The notes under the pieces were generated by a model. That model had not been told where the DNA came from. It saw only the letters and a program-made list of their open reading frames with translations, and searched no databases. DNA of 64,000 nt, taken from NCBI GenBank assembly GCA_043228905.1, contig JBHGNT010000015.1, forward strand, positions 19,282,001 through 19,346,000, given 5' to 3'. This DNA comes from Azolla caroliniana. Taxonomy: Eukaryota; Plantae; Polypodiophyta. Made by a program: the position numbers and the translations under genes. Shown here one piece after another: positions 62,286 through 64,000 of this stretch. How positions within the stretch are numbered: position 1 is the first letter of the stretch; each line of letters begins with the position of its first letter.

Positions 62286-62849
62286 GGAGAGACTTTACTA
62301 TTGTTTTCGAAGGTCAAATATGACCTATGAGACCAAAAATATAACATTTTCATGCAGTACATGTGAAAGTGAGTAGTGACTCTCAATGTTCAAGAACTTT
62401 ATTAATGAATGTCGCAATCAAGGGTGCACACCATGAATGTGAGAGAAATTCATGCAAGGATTGGGTTGGAAAGCATGGACGGATGTGATCAAAGGCATAT
62501 CTCATATCATAGTGAGTGCTAGCTCAGTTGCATTGAAGCAAATGGTTCAAATATCAAACAATGGGATAGGTTCTAACATCTATTGATGTGTGTGGTTTCC
62601 ACGTTCGATAAATAACATGGTTTTGTAGTTAGGTGCAACATATGTAATATAATGTATGAAGCATGAGCCTCCACATTTTCGTTATGTCATTATACATTGT
62701 GTTTACAAAAATGCCTCATTCACAGAGAAATTTATTGATGCATCATGAAGCAAGTGTGTTGCATCCCATCTTTCAAATCATTTTTCCATGTCTTGCATCC
62801 AACTAGAACACATTATTTAGCTTTTATGTGTCTTTTGGATCTTTTTTCT

Positions 62850-63700
62850 TGTTTGGCATGTGAGCCTTGGAAGTCGATGTGAGCCACATTCTTGAACCCA
62901 TGATTTCAATGGGAAGTGATCCCTCTCAAGAAGTGGCAAGGTATATGGTATTTGTTTCTTGACTTGGAGAAAAATTGTAAGAAAATGGTTTTGGACATTT
63001 TCAAATTCTTTCTAAGTGGGGTTAGAGATGCTACCACCCTTTAGAGAAACATTGGTTTCACCAGAGTGTCAAAAAGATATTTCTTGAGAACACAACACTT
63101 AATTTCTCTAAATATGAATGTGTTCCCAAATACATTATATGTCATCTTTCTCGCCTCTACACGATATGTAGAATGTTCATTCCATCTATGATATGAAGGA
63201 ACTTCACGGCCAAGGTAATGAAAATACCACATCATTTACATACAAAAAATGCATGATGACTACATTCACAATGAAAACTTCTTCAATGTCTTTTTCCTTT
63301 ACAAACTTGGCAATCATTTTTTCTCATTCATCGATGCATAGACCAAATGGAGCTGACTACATTCACAATGAAAACTTCTTGAATGTCTTTTTCCTTTACA
63401 AACTTGGCAATCATTTGTTCTCATTCATCGATGCATAGACCAAATGGAGCTAGTGAGAGTGGGCATTTTGCTTAACACCAATAGTCTTCCACACCAAAGG
63501 TGCTCATGAGGTACCATATCAAAAGCGATTTTCTTCCATTAACATTTGAATAGTGACAAGGTGATCAATGGTGTTTCCAAAAGCCAACTTGTTCATTAGC
63601 TCTCTTACCATTATTTTTTAGCCTCGTGCACCTACCTTTGGTTCAATAGTAGGCATTGATTTCCTTCATGTCTGATGGCTAGAATGGTTTGGAGGTCTAT
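62850..63700 (-). mobile_element. RTE-like LINE RT relic containing a 97-bp tandem duplication (63257-63451)
   Basis: KKYLFDTLVKPM and QVGFGNTIDHLVT..CRK..FDMVPHEHLW-like RT motifs; duplicated block starts at 63257 and 63354. Confidence 0.6.
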
Positions 63701-64000
63701 CAATTTGGTGTGGATTTCTTTGCATTAAAACCATCTTCATTCGATTGAGTTTTTGCACACATAGAGAACATTAAAGTAATGCCTCATTTTTAGATTATGT
63801 TTGAGTTCTTGAGGTATTGAGGGCTATGGTTCAATCAAAATATGTAGAATGCCTTCACTTTTGAATTTGAAAGTTGGGGTACGAAAATATGTTGCAAAGA
63901 TGAAAGGACTTCTTTTGTGGCAATCGATAGAGTTAGAGAAGTCACGAAATCTCAACCATAAAAAGAGCCAATTGTGCAAGGTGACAAGCATGTCATCATA

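Overview
AT-rich, intron-containing land-plant nuclear DNA. A non-seed plant such as a fern is inferred from the PPR relic and the transposon families; the species cannot be determined. Four protein genes lie on the minus strand: a CERK1/LYK-type LysM receptor kinase (11 exons traced, last exon not found), a minimal intron-containing small heat-shock protein, a tandem double-C2 (ERG1/RPP16-like) protein and a matrin/U1-type zinc-finger protein. The main structure is a tandem array of intron-containing elongator tRNA-Met(CAT) genes (34686-55296): 9 full-length copies plus one remnant. Each ~881-bp unit is itself a dimer of a full-length tRNA gene and a decayed tRNA copy. The array is interrupted by a truncated LTR and by a 5'-deleted Ty1/Copia element, which carries a full-length nested Ty3/Gypsy (648-bp LTRs, 4-bp TSD, tRNA-Trp PBS, candidate -1 frameshift between protease and RT). 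Both deletion junctions carry copies of the sequence at the tRNA 5' boundary. The rest is hAT MITEs, RTE/L1 LINE relics, gag relics, a PPR relic and microsatellites. All coordinates and counts were read by eye.
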